From a virus (taxonomy: Duplodnaviria > Caudoviricetes), in IMG/VR virus record IMGVR_UViG_3300047564_002265, positions 1 through 43,244 of that record: a stretch of 43,244 nucleotides of DNA, one strand, 5' to 3'. The number at the start of each line of letters is the position of its first letter. Position 1 is the first letter of the stretch. This document shows, in pieces, positions 16,977 to 26,429 of the stretch. The translations under genes were made by a program, and so were the position numbers. Under the pieces are notes generated by a model. The model worked only from the letters and a program-made list of their open reading frames with translations. It was not told the DNA's origin and did not search any database.

Positions 16977-17571
16977 TATCTTCTCCAGTACCGTACTGTT
17001 CTATGGTTTCTGCTAAATTTTTTTTAATTAATTCAATTTCATCAGTTAAATCTTTTCTCACAGTATCCAAGTCAACATCCCACTTTTCAAACATTAACAC
17101 AGTTTTTTCAGTTTCATTCATTAACAAATATTCTGGTTTACTGAGATTGGCGAGATAATGTTCTAATTCTTGAAGTCTATCTTTTGCCGCTGAAATATAA
17201 TTACGTAACATCATCTTTTGTTCGAAGTCTTTCCACTTACCTTGACGACGAAGTTCTGTTTCAAATTTTACATTACAATCGAAGCAATGACCTCTGATGC
17301 GCCAGAACTTGATATCAAATCGGTGATTCATTGGCTTACTACACTTTGGACACCAATGTGGTGTTTTAGCATCGTCTAACTTAGTGACAGTTTGACGAAT
17401 ACCATTCTTTACAGTCCACTTTTTTCCATTAACATCTTCCCACACATCACCTTCTTTGCGGGTAGGTTCAACCTCTCCTCTCCAACCAAAGACTAGTTTG
17501 TTTCCGTCTTTGTTTAACTTTTCTGCTACTTTCTTACGAACATCATTTAATGCTTCTTCATTTTTAAACAT
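16966..17571 (-). CDS. Hypothetical Zn-finger protein
   Basis: CPKC...CFDC; RKEGDVWEDVNGKKWTVKNG module; GAGG SD. Confidence 0.7.
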   Translation of the reverse strand: MFKNEEALNDVRKKVAEKLNKDGNKLVFGWRGEVEPTRKEGDVWEDVNGKKWTVKNGIRQTVTKLDDAKTPHWCPKCSKPMNHRFDIKFWRIRGHCFDCNVKFETELRRQGKWKDFEQKMMLRNYISAAKDRLQELEHYLANLSKPEYLLMNETEKTVLMFEKWDVDLDTVRKDLTDEIELIKKNLAETIEQYGTGEDNEA

Positions 17572-17577
17572 ATAACC

Positions 17578-20469
17578 TCACTTGGTTGCAAATGCCTTAG
17601 CTTTTTCTTCTGACCCGAAGTATCTTACTTGGTTTTTCTTATTCTTACCACCAAAATTTCCACCAGCTGTTTGCCAAGTTTGACCTGGCTTATAAAAATC
17701 AGGATTGGTTGGTTGTGCCATTTGTTTTTGCTTTGGTTGTGCTGGTACTTTTGGTTCTTGTACTTTCTTTTTGTCTTTTCCTAATTCTGGTTCTGCAAAT
17801 TGCTTGGTAATCTTTAATTCTTCTTCTGACTTAGTGGTTGTTTTGACTACTTTGTTAAAGATGTCTTGGTCAAACTTACCGTATACCTTCGCAAATATTT
17901 CTTGTTTAACTTCATCGGTAATATTTGGATTACCAAAGATTGCACGAAGTTGTGTCCCACTGATGTTCTTTCCATCAATATCAACTTTGAGTTCTGGAGC
18001 GACCATAAAATATCCTTGGTCAGCGAATCCTTTCTTTGGACCCTTTTCATCATATGGTTGGAAATACTTACCACCCAAACGTTCTGCGTCCTTTTGACTG
18101 ACCGCAGTAACATATACGGTTTCTGGTGGGAGCTTCTCAAGGATTTCTTTTGGTGCATATGGATTCTTTACTTGAACCACCATATCCTCTGGAATATCAA
18201 ACATCTGGGTCATAATCTCCTTCTTATCATTGAATCTGAATGGAGACTTCCCAGCTTCTGTCTTGTCACTTGATGCGATGTACACGTTTTTCTTACCAAA
18301 CTTGTCCACCATTGACTTATAGATACTGTAGTGACCAGCATGGAATGGTTGGAATCTACCAGTGAAGATAGCAACAGTACGTTGTTTACCTTCCACTGGT
18401 TTTGTAGTTGGTTCTTCTTTTGGTGTTTCCGTTGGTTCATCAACTAACTTTGCTTCACCCTTATCAAACTTTAACGTACCCAAGATTTGATTGACTGGAG
18501 CGAATGTTCCGGTGAACTTGTATGGCTTACCGTTGTACATAAAGACCATACCTTCAGTTGGAACAATCTTGTCCATTCCAATATCTTGTAAGCGTTCTAA
18601 TTGGATTTGTAATGCAGCTAATTTGTTTGCATCACCCGTTTGCTGAATTTGCTTAATTGTATCCAATACTTCTGCCTTTAACTTCTTAGCAAGTTCTGGG
18701 TTATTCGCTGATAAGAAATCAGTGACACGCTTAAGTGATAATGCACCAACTTGTAAGAATACACTTTCCAGTGGACGAACTGCTTCGCGCTGTGCGGCTT
18801 TTAATTCGCTTCCTTCAAACTGACGGAACCACTTTTTCTTTTCTGGGTCTTCGATGTCGGAGACTTTAAACTTCTTGTCACCTAATGCCCAGCGTCGAGT
18901 CATACCATCAAATTCTTGTTTAGTAAACTCTAAACCAGTTTCTTGTGAAATCTGAATAAGTTTATCTTCCCACCACTTTGTTTTATAATCTTCAATGGTA
19001 GACTTATCGTCCAATCCATATTCTTTCTGCAATTGGCTAATACGTGTGCCAATTTTCTTCAATGCATTTTTATTTTCTACTGTCTGTGCATCACTAAAAC
19101 TGATGGTCTTTGGACCAGAAATACCGAATGTCTTTTGCTTTTGTGCATTAACTTTGGTAAGTTGGTCAGATAACTCACGACCATCTTCGACTGACCGCTT
19201 GATTTCATTACCTTCACTGTCATATTCAACGGTTCCGTGAAACACCAATACCGACTTATCATACGGAATGACATTCTTAGTATCTGGGAATACGATTTCT
19301 ACGTTCATAAACTTTGACCCATCAGCGAACATCTTATTACGTTCTTCTTCTGGGAGTGCATCAATCGCACTTTGTAAGTCGTCAGCTGCACCAGTAAATG
19401 CTTTTTCAATATCACCTCGTCCGGCGAACATATTACGAATACCTGCTACGTCAAGTGCATTTTGTCCCTTGTTCTTTACTTGTCCTTTGTTACGGGCGAA
19501 GAACGCTTTACCATCCTTGACAGTAAACATAATATTTTGACCATCAAGCTTTTCGGTTACGGGTTCTTCTGCGCCCAAGTCCCCAACAAGTCCACGGGTG
19601 ACCATATCTTTCACATCTGCAAATGATAGTGAGTCATCTTCGTATGGATGTGCCATGTGTCCAGCGGCACCACCTTCGTAGATAAGAGTCCAACTACCGT
19701 TTGGTACAAACCCTTCAGCCAGTTCAGACAGATACACGTATTCAATATTTTCGTTCTTCTTGTCTCGTCCATGGTCTTTCTTCGCTAACTTCCAGTTACC
19801 ATTTTGTGCACCGTTTGGATGATGCACATCGTGATTCTTCATTTTAGCTTCACCGTGCTTTTCAACTGCTTTACGGCGGTCACGGTTACGAGCTACACGG
19901 TCGTCTTGGGTCTTTTTCAAGTACTGACGAACTTTTTCAGGATGACGCTTGTTAAACCTACGCATCCGTTCTGTACTGGACATTGCTTCATCTTGTGGTT
20001 TTTGTTGATAATCATTTTCTGGACCGATGGACATTGGGAATGTGAATCGTGACCCAGCGATTCCCTTTCGTTCTGCTATACCACCAGCATCACCACCAGT
20101 TTCTCCACCACCTACATCCGCGCCACCATCAGTACCCGTGTCTGGTGTGGTTGGTTCCGGTTGAACATATCGATTCCATACAGGGGCGTAATGAATACCC
20201 CAGGTGTGTGCTTGTTTACACTTTTTACGAATCTTATTTCCAGAATCAGTTGGGTATATGGTACACTTCTTTCGTTTCTTTTCGTCCAACACTTCTAATT
20301 TCTTATTAAATACATCAATAATATTTTGTGTAGCTTTGGTTGCTTCAAACAAAATATCAACATCTTGAATTTTATGTTTTTCAATATAGCTCAATGCTCC
20401 AACTTGGAGTCTGTGTCCAGTTGGAAATTGTAATAAGAAACTAAGTTGTTCATTAGTCAAATGTTTCAT
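17578..20469 (-). CDS. Multidomain protein: HNH-like + ATP-dependent ligase-like (KxDG) + HIGH-family nucleotidyltransferase
   Basis: DVHHPNG..NGNW (HNH-like); VTEKLDGQN, EGMVF, YKFTG (covalent nucleotidyltransferase motifs I, IV, V); FTGRFQPFHAGH and ISGTQLR (cytidylyltransferase/NMNAT-like). Confidence 0.75.
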   Translation of the reverse strand: MKHLTNEQLSFLLQFPTGHRLQVGALSYIEKHKIQDVDILFEATKATQNIIDVFNKKLEVLDEKKRKKCTIYPTDSGNKIRKKCKQAHTWGIHYAPVWNRYVQPEPTTPDTGTDGGADVGGGETGGDAGGIAERKGIAGSRFTFPMSIGPENDYQQKPQDEAMSSTERMRRFNKRHPEKVRQYLKKTQDDRVARNRDRRKAVEKHGEAKMKNHDVHHPNGAQNGNWKLAKKDHGRDKKNENIEYVYLSELAEGFVPNGSWTLIYEGGAAGHMAHPYEDDSLSFADVKDMVTRGLVGDLGAEEPVTEKLDGQNIMFTVKDGKAFFARNKGQVKNKGQNALDVAGIRNMFAGRGDIEKAFTGAADDLQSAIDALPEEERNKMFADGSKFMNVEIVFPDTKNVIPYDKSVLVFHGTVEYDSEGNEIKRSVEDGRELSDQLTKVNAQKQKTFGISGPKTISFSDAQTVENKNALKKIGTRISQLQKEYGLDDKSTIEDYKTKWWEDKLIQISQETGLEFTKQEFDGMTRRWALGDKKFKVSDIEDPEKKKWFRQFEGSELKAAQREAVRPLESVFLQVGALSLKRVTDFLSANNPELAKKLKAEVLDTIKQIQQTGDANKLAALQIQLERLQDIGMDKIVPTEGMVFMYNGKPYKFTGTFAPVNQILGTLKFDKGEAKLVDEPTETPKEEPTTKPVEGKQRTVAIFTGRFQPFHAGHYSIYKSMVDKFGKKNVYIASSDKTEAGKSPFRFNDKKEIMTQMFDIPEDMVVQVKNPYAPKEILEKLPPETVYVTAVSQKDAERLGGKYFQPYDEKGPKKGFADQGYFMVAPELKVDIDGKNISGTQLRAIFGNPNITDEVKQEIFAKVYGKFDQDIFNKVVKTTTKSEEELKITKQFAEPELGKDKKKVQEPKVPAQPKQKQMAQPTNPDFYKPGQTWQTAGGNFGGKNKKNQVRYFGSEEKAKAFATK

Positions 20470-22274
20470 GATAATGTACCCAAATCAATATTCGAGCCAG
20501 TAAAGAATGTAGGAATCGATACTACAGATAGGTCGGTTGAGTTATTATTTATGTCAAAGAACTCAATCTTATGTTGTAATAATTCGTTATAATATTCGGT
20601 ATTTGGTACTAAAATCTGTGCTTCGTCTGGCGCAAACAATCTGTCTGATGCTGGTTTTAGTGATATTTCAGAGAAATACCAAAATCCATTACTCACAACA
20701 AATCGTATACCTACATTACCAACTGTTGATAGTTGTGGCGTAAAGTTAAATTGTTGGTCTTGATACCAATATGTTTCTGCCCCAGCGGGCGGTGTTAGTG
20801 TACCAATCTTTTGTCCTAATGGATTGTTATCAATAACCTTAGTACCTTCTACCCCTATAAGATAAATATCAACCTTTGGGTCTACACCAGTCAAATTTAT
20901 TGATGCTGACGTTTTTTTATAGAATGCATCAAACTGAATTGTATACTCTGTGGTTGGGAATAACTGTAATGCTTTCTTATTACCTATGAAATATCCACTT
21001 GCTGACACATATCCCGCATATTTTTGATTATTAAATGTTGGTACTTCCGCTCGAACAGACCGCAGTAGTACATTATCTGTTAGAGCTAATGTAAATGGCG
21101 TGACGGTAGTAGTTGGGTTATAATACGCAGTGGACCCAGATATAGTATATATCGCATTTGAACTAGTTTCCAATCTGTCTGAGTACCAATTTGATGCAGT
21201 AGGTACTATATAAAAATCACCTATTGGTAAATCACCACGGATAGAACTTGTTACTAATAGTTCGGATGTAGTTACTGGTATATCTGCTACCAACTTATAA
21301 TCAGAAAGATTAGTTGAAACTTTACTGTATACTTTAAACTTGAATATTTCACCACTTACCGTATTCAAGTTGGTCAGACGAAGTTTTGCATAAGATACGG
21401 GTATATGGTTACCGTTTATACTCGACGTATTGTACACTAATTGTGCTGTTGTCTTTATAGCCGACGATGAGCCGAACAGTGGTGTAGTATAACTTCCACT
21501 GCGTAAATAAATTTTGTCTACAATTCTGCCATCTGTTGTTTTGATTAATTGACCTGTACTAAACGCCGTTGTGGTATTTAATATGTCTGTTATTGGTAAA
21601 TATAAACTTGCACTTACTCCGTCTATAATCATAGAACCAGTTATATACCCACCAACATAATCTTCGGAAAACACCGTTGGTGATTCCGCTTTAAGTGTAT
21701 ACCCTATTTGAAAACTAGAATATAATGTCGGAGTTAAACTGGCTGTAAATGCGGTACTTGCTGAAACGTATGAAGATGTAGACACACTATATAATCTACG
21801 TTCTTCCGACAACACAGTAGGTGTATTTTCTAGAATTAATGGTGAAGAATTTCGTAAATTTGGTTCTACAAGTATTCTTTTAGTCCATCTAATATTATAT
21901 GAATTTTGCCAATCGGGTGGTACTGGTTGACCATTTGGAAGTACTGTTGCTTGTCCAAGTATAATAATTGTAGCAAACCCAGGAGCGGTGTTCTCTGTAA
22001 TTTCTACAGAAACTAGTCTTGAATTACCTTCCAAGTATTTTTGAATAGGATTTTGAAAAATCGATATTCCATTTGAATCTATGATTTCTATTTGAATGCT
22101 GGACGCTGGTTTTAATGCCGATGACCCAGCCAACAAAAACGAATTTCTGCCACCAGTAAAAGTTGGTGGCAGATTCGTTACTTGAAAATAAACAGAAGAT
22201 GCTGATGTATCTTCTATCAATACATCATATTTTGCTAAGTTCTTTGGTTGTAAGGTCTTTCTAGTCTTTGCCAT
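20466..22274 (-). CDS. Hypothetical beta-rich virion structural protein
   Basis: 602 aa, Ser/Thr/Tyr/Gly-rich composition like the tail genes; own late-type motif upstream. Confidence 0.55.
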   Translation of the reverse strand: MAKTRKTLQPKNLAKYDVLIEDTSASSVYFQVTNLPPTFTGGRNSFLLAGSSALKPASSIQIEIIDSNGISIFQNPIQKYLEGNSRLVSVEITENTAPGFATIIILGQATVLPNGQPVPPDWQNSYNIRWTKRILVEPNLRNSSPLILENTPTVLSEERRLYSVSTSSYVSASTAFTASLTPTLYSSFQIGYTLKAESPTVFSEDYVGGYITGSMIIDGVSASLYLPITDILNTTTAFSTGQLIKTTDGRIVDKIYLRSGSYTTPLFGSSSAIKTTAQLVYNTSSINGNHIPVSYAKLRLTNLNTVSGEIFKFKVYSKVSTNLSDYKLVADIPVTTSELLVTSSIRGDLPIGDFYIVPTASNWYSDRLETSSNAIYTISGSTAYYNPTTTVTPFTLALTDNVLLRSVRAEVPTFNNQKYAGYVSASGYFIGNKKALQLFPTTEYTIQFDAFYKKTSASINLTGVDPKVDIYLIGVEGTKVIDNNPLGQKIGTLTPPAGAETYWYQDQQFNFTPQLSTVGNVGIRFVVSNGFWYFSEISLKPASDRLFAPDEAQILVPNTEYYNELLQHKIEFFDINNNSTDLSVVSIPTFFTGSNIDLGTLS

Positions 22275-22293
22275 ACGCTCTCGCTTAAAGTCC

Positions 22294-22318
22294 TAACTCA
22301 ATATAAATAGTTGAGTTA
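22294..22318 (-). promoter_or_regulatory. Late-type motif in the loop of an 8-bp inverted repeat
   Basis: TAACTCAA-tataaatag-TTGAGTTA in the gap between the Mre11-Rad50 gene and the 602-aa gene. Confidence 0.55.
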
Positions 22319-25300
22319 CACGTTAATATACGAGAATCCGTCCTCTCGCTTGATTTCAATTACCTTGTCCACCATATCCCGTGCGACATCCAAGTGGCTG
22401 ATGACCACCAAGAAATCAAATTGACCCTTTAAGATACTGAACATCGTGTGCATAGCCGTCAGATTTTCGGCATCCAAGGTACCCAACCCTTCGTCAATAA
22501 TCATAAAGTTGGACTTCGGAAGGTTTGAGGCGTTCAACAGAGCCACCCGAATAGCGAGACTACTGATAAACCGTTCCATCCCAGACGAGTTTTCCAATGG
22601 CCAGATACGTTCGTGGTCGTAGTTAAGCTTCCCAAGAATATTCTTCCCGTCTACTTCAAGAGAAATCGTAAACTCGGCAATCTGTGTTAAAATATTATTT
22701 ATTTCGGATTCGATTGCTGGAATTGCCCGTGACATCAGTTCGTATGGTACCCCATCACGGCCCACGGCTTCCATGTAATACTTGTAAGCCTCATAGGTAT
22801 CCTCAAGTTCTTCGGCTTCCTTAATTTGGTTAAGAACATCAGCCTTGGTAGCTTCGAGTACCTTGATTTCTCCATGCAATTCACGAAGTTGCTTTTCCAA
22901 CTTGTCCATTGCCTTCTTATTTACATTGATATCATATTCCACGTGACTAATATGCATATCGATTTCCTTATTATGTCTGATATTGTCCTCGTTCGTTTTA
23001 AACAATTCAATATCTTTTTCTGTCTGTTCCCGCTGACGGTCACATTTTTCAATAAGGGTAATCAACTTCTGGATTTCCAGTTCAACCGTACCTGCCTTCT
23101 TTTGGAACTGTTGAACTTCATTTTGTAACTTTTCATAATGTGCGCAGAGATTTACCTTATCAACCAACGGTTCCATCTGTTGCTTGATTTCGTTGACCGC
23201 ATCTTCTTGCTTGGATTGTAAGTCGTATAGGTCAATCAGTTCGTGGGTGACCGATTCCATATCCTCAATAATTGACTTATTATTTTCTACGCAAACGTTA
23301 CAATCTGGGTTATACTTGTAACTTTCCAGTTTGGTCTTGAACTTTTCCTTTTCGGTAACCTTTGAAGTGGTCAACTTTAATGCACTACTTCCCTTATTTA
23401 ATAACGTGGAAAGTTTGTTGTATTCTTCGACTGACTGACGAAGTTCTGGAATATTTGCATCCATTATTGCTTGCGTACGTTCCTTAATGCTGGTATTAAT
23501 AGCTTCCAGTCTCTTTTCCGCATCCACCTTACCCTCAGAATATTCCAAGATTTGGTCAACGGATTTAGCCAAAGTAGAAATCAATACATCCATATCTAAT
23601 GTAATATTTGGTACTGGACGCTTTTGATTTTGCCATCCCTTCAACTTCTCATCCAACATATCACGTTCTTTTTTGAGGTCAGTAATCATAGTTTCGACCT
23701 TTTCATGCTTGACCTTATTATCTTCTAACTTCGTCTGAGTATCCGCTATCACTTGGTCAAAGTCAACCTTCTTGAACTTCTTTAATGCACCAGAGATTTC
23801 CTTGCTCTCTTCGTTTGCGGTATCAAATAACTTGTCAAAGACATTCAATCCCATAAACTGGATGAGTAAGTCCTTCCGTTCGGAGTGCGACTTGTCGATA
23901 AACAATGCGTTTGCTGTCTGGCTACTTAATGCCGTCAATACGAAATCTTCATAACTACCCACATAGTTACGGATGTTAGCATTAGTATCCCGGCGGTCTT
24001 CACCGTTTAGTGATGTATGCGTACCATCTTCATTTTCCTTCCAGAACGACACATCTACCTTTACATCGCCGGTCTTTTTCCGCGTACCAGTTCGACGAAT
24101 AAAATAAATGTCTTGGTCAATCTCAAACTTCAACTCACATTCGAACGTGTCTTTCCGATTGTTCATAATATGGTCACCACGGAATGCCCGTGGAGTCTTA
24201 TCGTACAAGCAGAAGATAAGGGCATCCATAGAGGAACTCTTACCCGAAGCGTTCGGAGCGAATACTCCGTGAAGACCTTGCATCTTCTCGAAATCTATCT
24301 CGTTTCCTTCTCCGTATGAAAACATATTCGAGAAGGTAAACTTCAACGGACGCCAGTGAATGTTCCGTGAATGGTCATCGTGATTAATTTGTGCGTTCAA
24401 CTTATTGTTGACCGACACAATCTTCTTCATCAATTCGTCATCAATTGTTTCGTGATTCCGTTCAAGCCAATCTTGAATCAACGAGTTCTGAGTATTCACA
24501 TTCGTTACGTCTGTCGTAATATGCGTTCCCTTACGATATGACGGGCTAGACGTATTGAATCGGTTCTTGTTGATACTCAGTTCGATGACATTATAGCGCT
24601 TCCGTAATGCCGCAGTAGTCTTTTTGATGAGCGAGGTATCAGCGTTCCCCGTAAACAAACGAAGTCGGACATTCTTTGGCATATCGGTTGGGAAGTTAAT
24701 TTTACCTTCGACCAACTCCAACGTATAATATCCATATGCGTTTGGAAGTTCCTTGAATACGTGTGTGCAATCCTCAACACTCCACAAGCACCAACCGTGA
24801 CCAGTAACCGACTCACCGTGGTTCTGCTGGATAAGTGAAGAAGAATATACGATGACGGGATTGCTTTCTTGCAGTACTTGATACTTGTGGATGTCACCAA
24901 GAAGCACGACATCGTATCCTTCGAACGTAGTAACATCTACGTGACGATTGGTGATGACATACTTGACATCGGTTTGTGCGCCGTGGACTGGTCCGTGGTA
25001 CAGTGCAATCTTACGTGCATTCTTTCGGCAATCCTCGACTGCTGGCCATTGTTCACGGTCATCCAGTATAGAGAATACTGCGAAATCTACGTCGGCGACT
25101 TGGTAGATGTCGGAGTGCTTTAAGTAATGAAGATTTTGATGATTGAGATTCTTGATAATCGGAGTCAAACTATCCAACCGGTTCATATTGGATAGATTGA
25201 GGTCGTGATTACCAGCGATGACAAAGGTAGGAGCGATATCAGCGAGATTACGGAGGAACTCTGAAGCAAGTTCCACCATCTCTGGACTCATATCGGTTTT

Positions 25301-25480
25301 TGCATGAAGGATGTCACCAGCAACGACAATAACCCCGTCAGTTAAATCCGTCTGACGAAGTTGTTCATAAAATGTGTTGAAGGCTTCCCGATATTCTTCG
25401 TGCCGCTTAAATAGTCGAATATGAATGTCGGCACAATGTGCAATTGTTCGTAACTTCGTAAATGGTACGTCAATTCTCAT
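22316..25480 (-). CDS. Fused Mre11/SbcD nuclease - Rad50/SbcC ATPase (T4 gp47-gp46 equivalent in one chain)
   Basis: Phosphoesterase motifs ADIH, AGDILH, GNHD, LYHG, LGDIH; Walker A APNASGKSS; coiled coil with CNVC zinc hook; signature SSGMERF; Walker B/D-loop IIDEGLGTLD; ISH. Confidence 0.92.
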   Translation of the reverse strand: MRIDVPFTKLRTIAHCADIHIRLFKRHEEYREAFNTFYEQLRQTDLTDGVIVVAGDILHAKTDMSPEMVELASEFLRNLADIAPTFVIAGNHDLNLSNMNRLDSLTPIIKNLNHQNLHYLKHSDIYQVADVDFAVFSILDDREQWPAVEDCRKNARKIALYHGPVHGAQTDVKYVITNRHVDVTTFEGYDVVLLGDIHKYQVLQESNPVIVYSSSLIQQNHGESVTGHGWCLWSVEDCTHVFKELPNAYGYYTLELVEGKINFPTDMPKNVRLRLFTGNADTSLIKKTTAALRKRYNVIELSINKNRFNTSSPSYRKGTHITTDVTNVNTQNSLIQDWLERNHETIDDELMKKIVSVNNKLNAQINHDDHSRNIHWRPLKFTFSNMFSYGEGNEIDFEKMQGLHGVFAPNASGKSSSMDALIFCLYDKTPRAFRGDHIMNNRKDTFECELKFEIDQDIYFIRRTGTRKKTGDVKVDVSFWKENEDGTHTSLNGEDRRDTNANIRNYVGSYEDFVLTALSSQTANALFIDKSHSERKDLLIQFMGLNVFDKLFDTANEESKEISGALKKFKKVDFDQVIADTQTKLEDNKVKHEKVETMITDLKKERDMLDEKLKGWQNQKRPVPNITLDMDVLISTLAKSVDQILEYSEGKVDAEKRLEAINTSIKERTQAIMDANIPELRQSVEEYNKLSTLLNKGSSALKLTTSKVTEKEKFKTKLESYKYNPDCNVCVENNKSIIEDMESVTHELIDLYDLQSKQEDAVNEIKQQMEPLVDKVNLCAHYEKLQNEVQQFQKKAGTVELEIQKLITLIEKCDRQREQTEKDIELFKTNEDNIRHNKEIDMHISHVEYDINVNKKAMDKLEKQLRELHGEIKVLEATKADVLNQIKEAEELEDTYEAYKYYMEAVGRDGVPYELMSRAIPAIESEINNILTQIAEFTISLEVDGKNILGKLNYDHERIWPLENSSGMERFISSLAIRVALLNASNLPKSNFMIIDEGLGTLDAENLTAMHTMFSILKGQFDFLVVISHLDVARDMVDKVIEIKREDGFSYINV

Positions 25481-26388
25481 ATATTCTGTAACCTGCCACC
25501 AATATAGTCTTTAAATGTTGTTGCAGACCCACGTTCGATACATTCCCACGTATCCTTGAAACCTAACTCCGAAGGGTCTTTCTTGTCAAGGTTTACCAGC
25601 TTTACATTCATCTCATATGTATTCAGCGTTTGTTCGATCTCACGTGCATCATTTAACGCATCATCATCCAATACAACATATACATCTTTTACTTTGTTCT
25701 TGACCATTTGCTTCAATAGCTTTTTGGGTATGAACTTACCCAAAAGTGGTACGGCGTTCCGACGAATGGCGATAGCATCAAACACCCCTTCACAAAGAAC
25801 CAACGGCATTTTCCAATTGATTTGGTTCTCGAACATCACTACATTTTTTGAAACTGGTGGGTTCTTGTATTTCATCCCATCATCATAAAAACTACGGGCG
25901 ATAAAGTAGTTTAACTTATTAGTTGAATCATATGACGGAATAATAATCCGATTGGCATAAGGACCATCAATCGTATACCCCATCTGATAACGGATAATAT
26001 CATATCCCGTGATTCCTCTCTTCGTCAAGTATCTGAGAGCGTGCTTATATTGGAGACTCTTCGTAGGTATCCAAAGCGGTTTGTATCCGGGCGGAAGGTA
26101 GAGGTCCGTCACCTCATCTTCTGTTTCTTTGTAATTTCGCACTTGGTCATCGGACAGTAAGGAACGTAATTCCTTCATCTGTGATGGGGATACGTCGAGT
26201 CTCTTAAACAGTGTTATTAAAGAACGACCCTTAGCCCCACAGTGCCAACAATGAAAAACATTTTTTAATAAATTGACAGCGAACTTTCTCTTATGGTTAT
26301 GGCAAAAAGGACATTGGAAATAGTGTTCACCATTTCCAAACTGTTTAAAATCACCTAATATTTGCGACAAAAGAGAGATTAGATTCAT
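25477..26388 (-). CDS. DNA primase (Zn finger + TOPRIM; gp61/DnaG-like)
   Basis: CPFC...HCWHC, RIIIP, KYKNP, LCEGVFDA, VLDDDA, KDPSE. Confidence 0.9.
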   Translation of the reverse strand: MNLISLLSQILGDFKQFGNGEHYFQCPFCHNHKRKFAVNLLKNVFHCWHCGAKGRSLITLFKRLDVSPSQMKELRSLLSDDQVRNYKETEDEVTDLYLPPGYKPLWIPTKSLQYKHALRYLTKRGITGYDIIRYQMGYTIDGPYANRIIIPSYDSTNKLNYFIARSFYDDGMKYKNPPVSKNVVMFENQINWKMPLVLCEGVFDAIAIRRNAVPLLGKFIPKKLLKQMVKNKVKDVYVVLDDDALNDAREIEQTLNTYEMNVKLVNLDKKDPSELGFKDTWECIERGSATTFKDYIGGRLQNI

Positions 26389-26394
26389 AATAGA

Positions 26395-26423
26395 AATCTA
26401 ACCCCTCTTTTATAAATTGTCAA
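26395..26423 (-). promoter_or_regulatory. Canonical sigma70-type promoter for the primase / Mre11-Rad50 operon
   Basis: TTGACA (26423-26418), 17-nt spacer, TAGATT (26400-26395); the ATG starts 6 nt after the -10 box. Confidence 0.75.
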
Positions 26424-26429
26424 GTTTTA

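Noticed and set aside
19780-19960. HNH segment as a free-standing mobile homing endonuclease
   Set aside because: Short, in frame within the 963-aa protein and bounded by linker sites; treated as a domain, and its catalytic competence is uncertain.
26411-26418. TATAAATT as another late motif before the primase
   Set aside because: One mismatch at a conserved position and it lies inside the sigma70 spacer; cannot be separated from chance.
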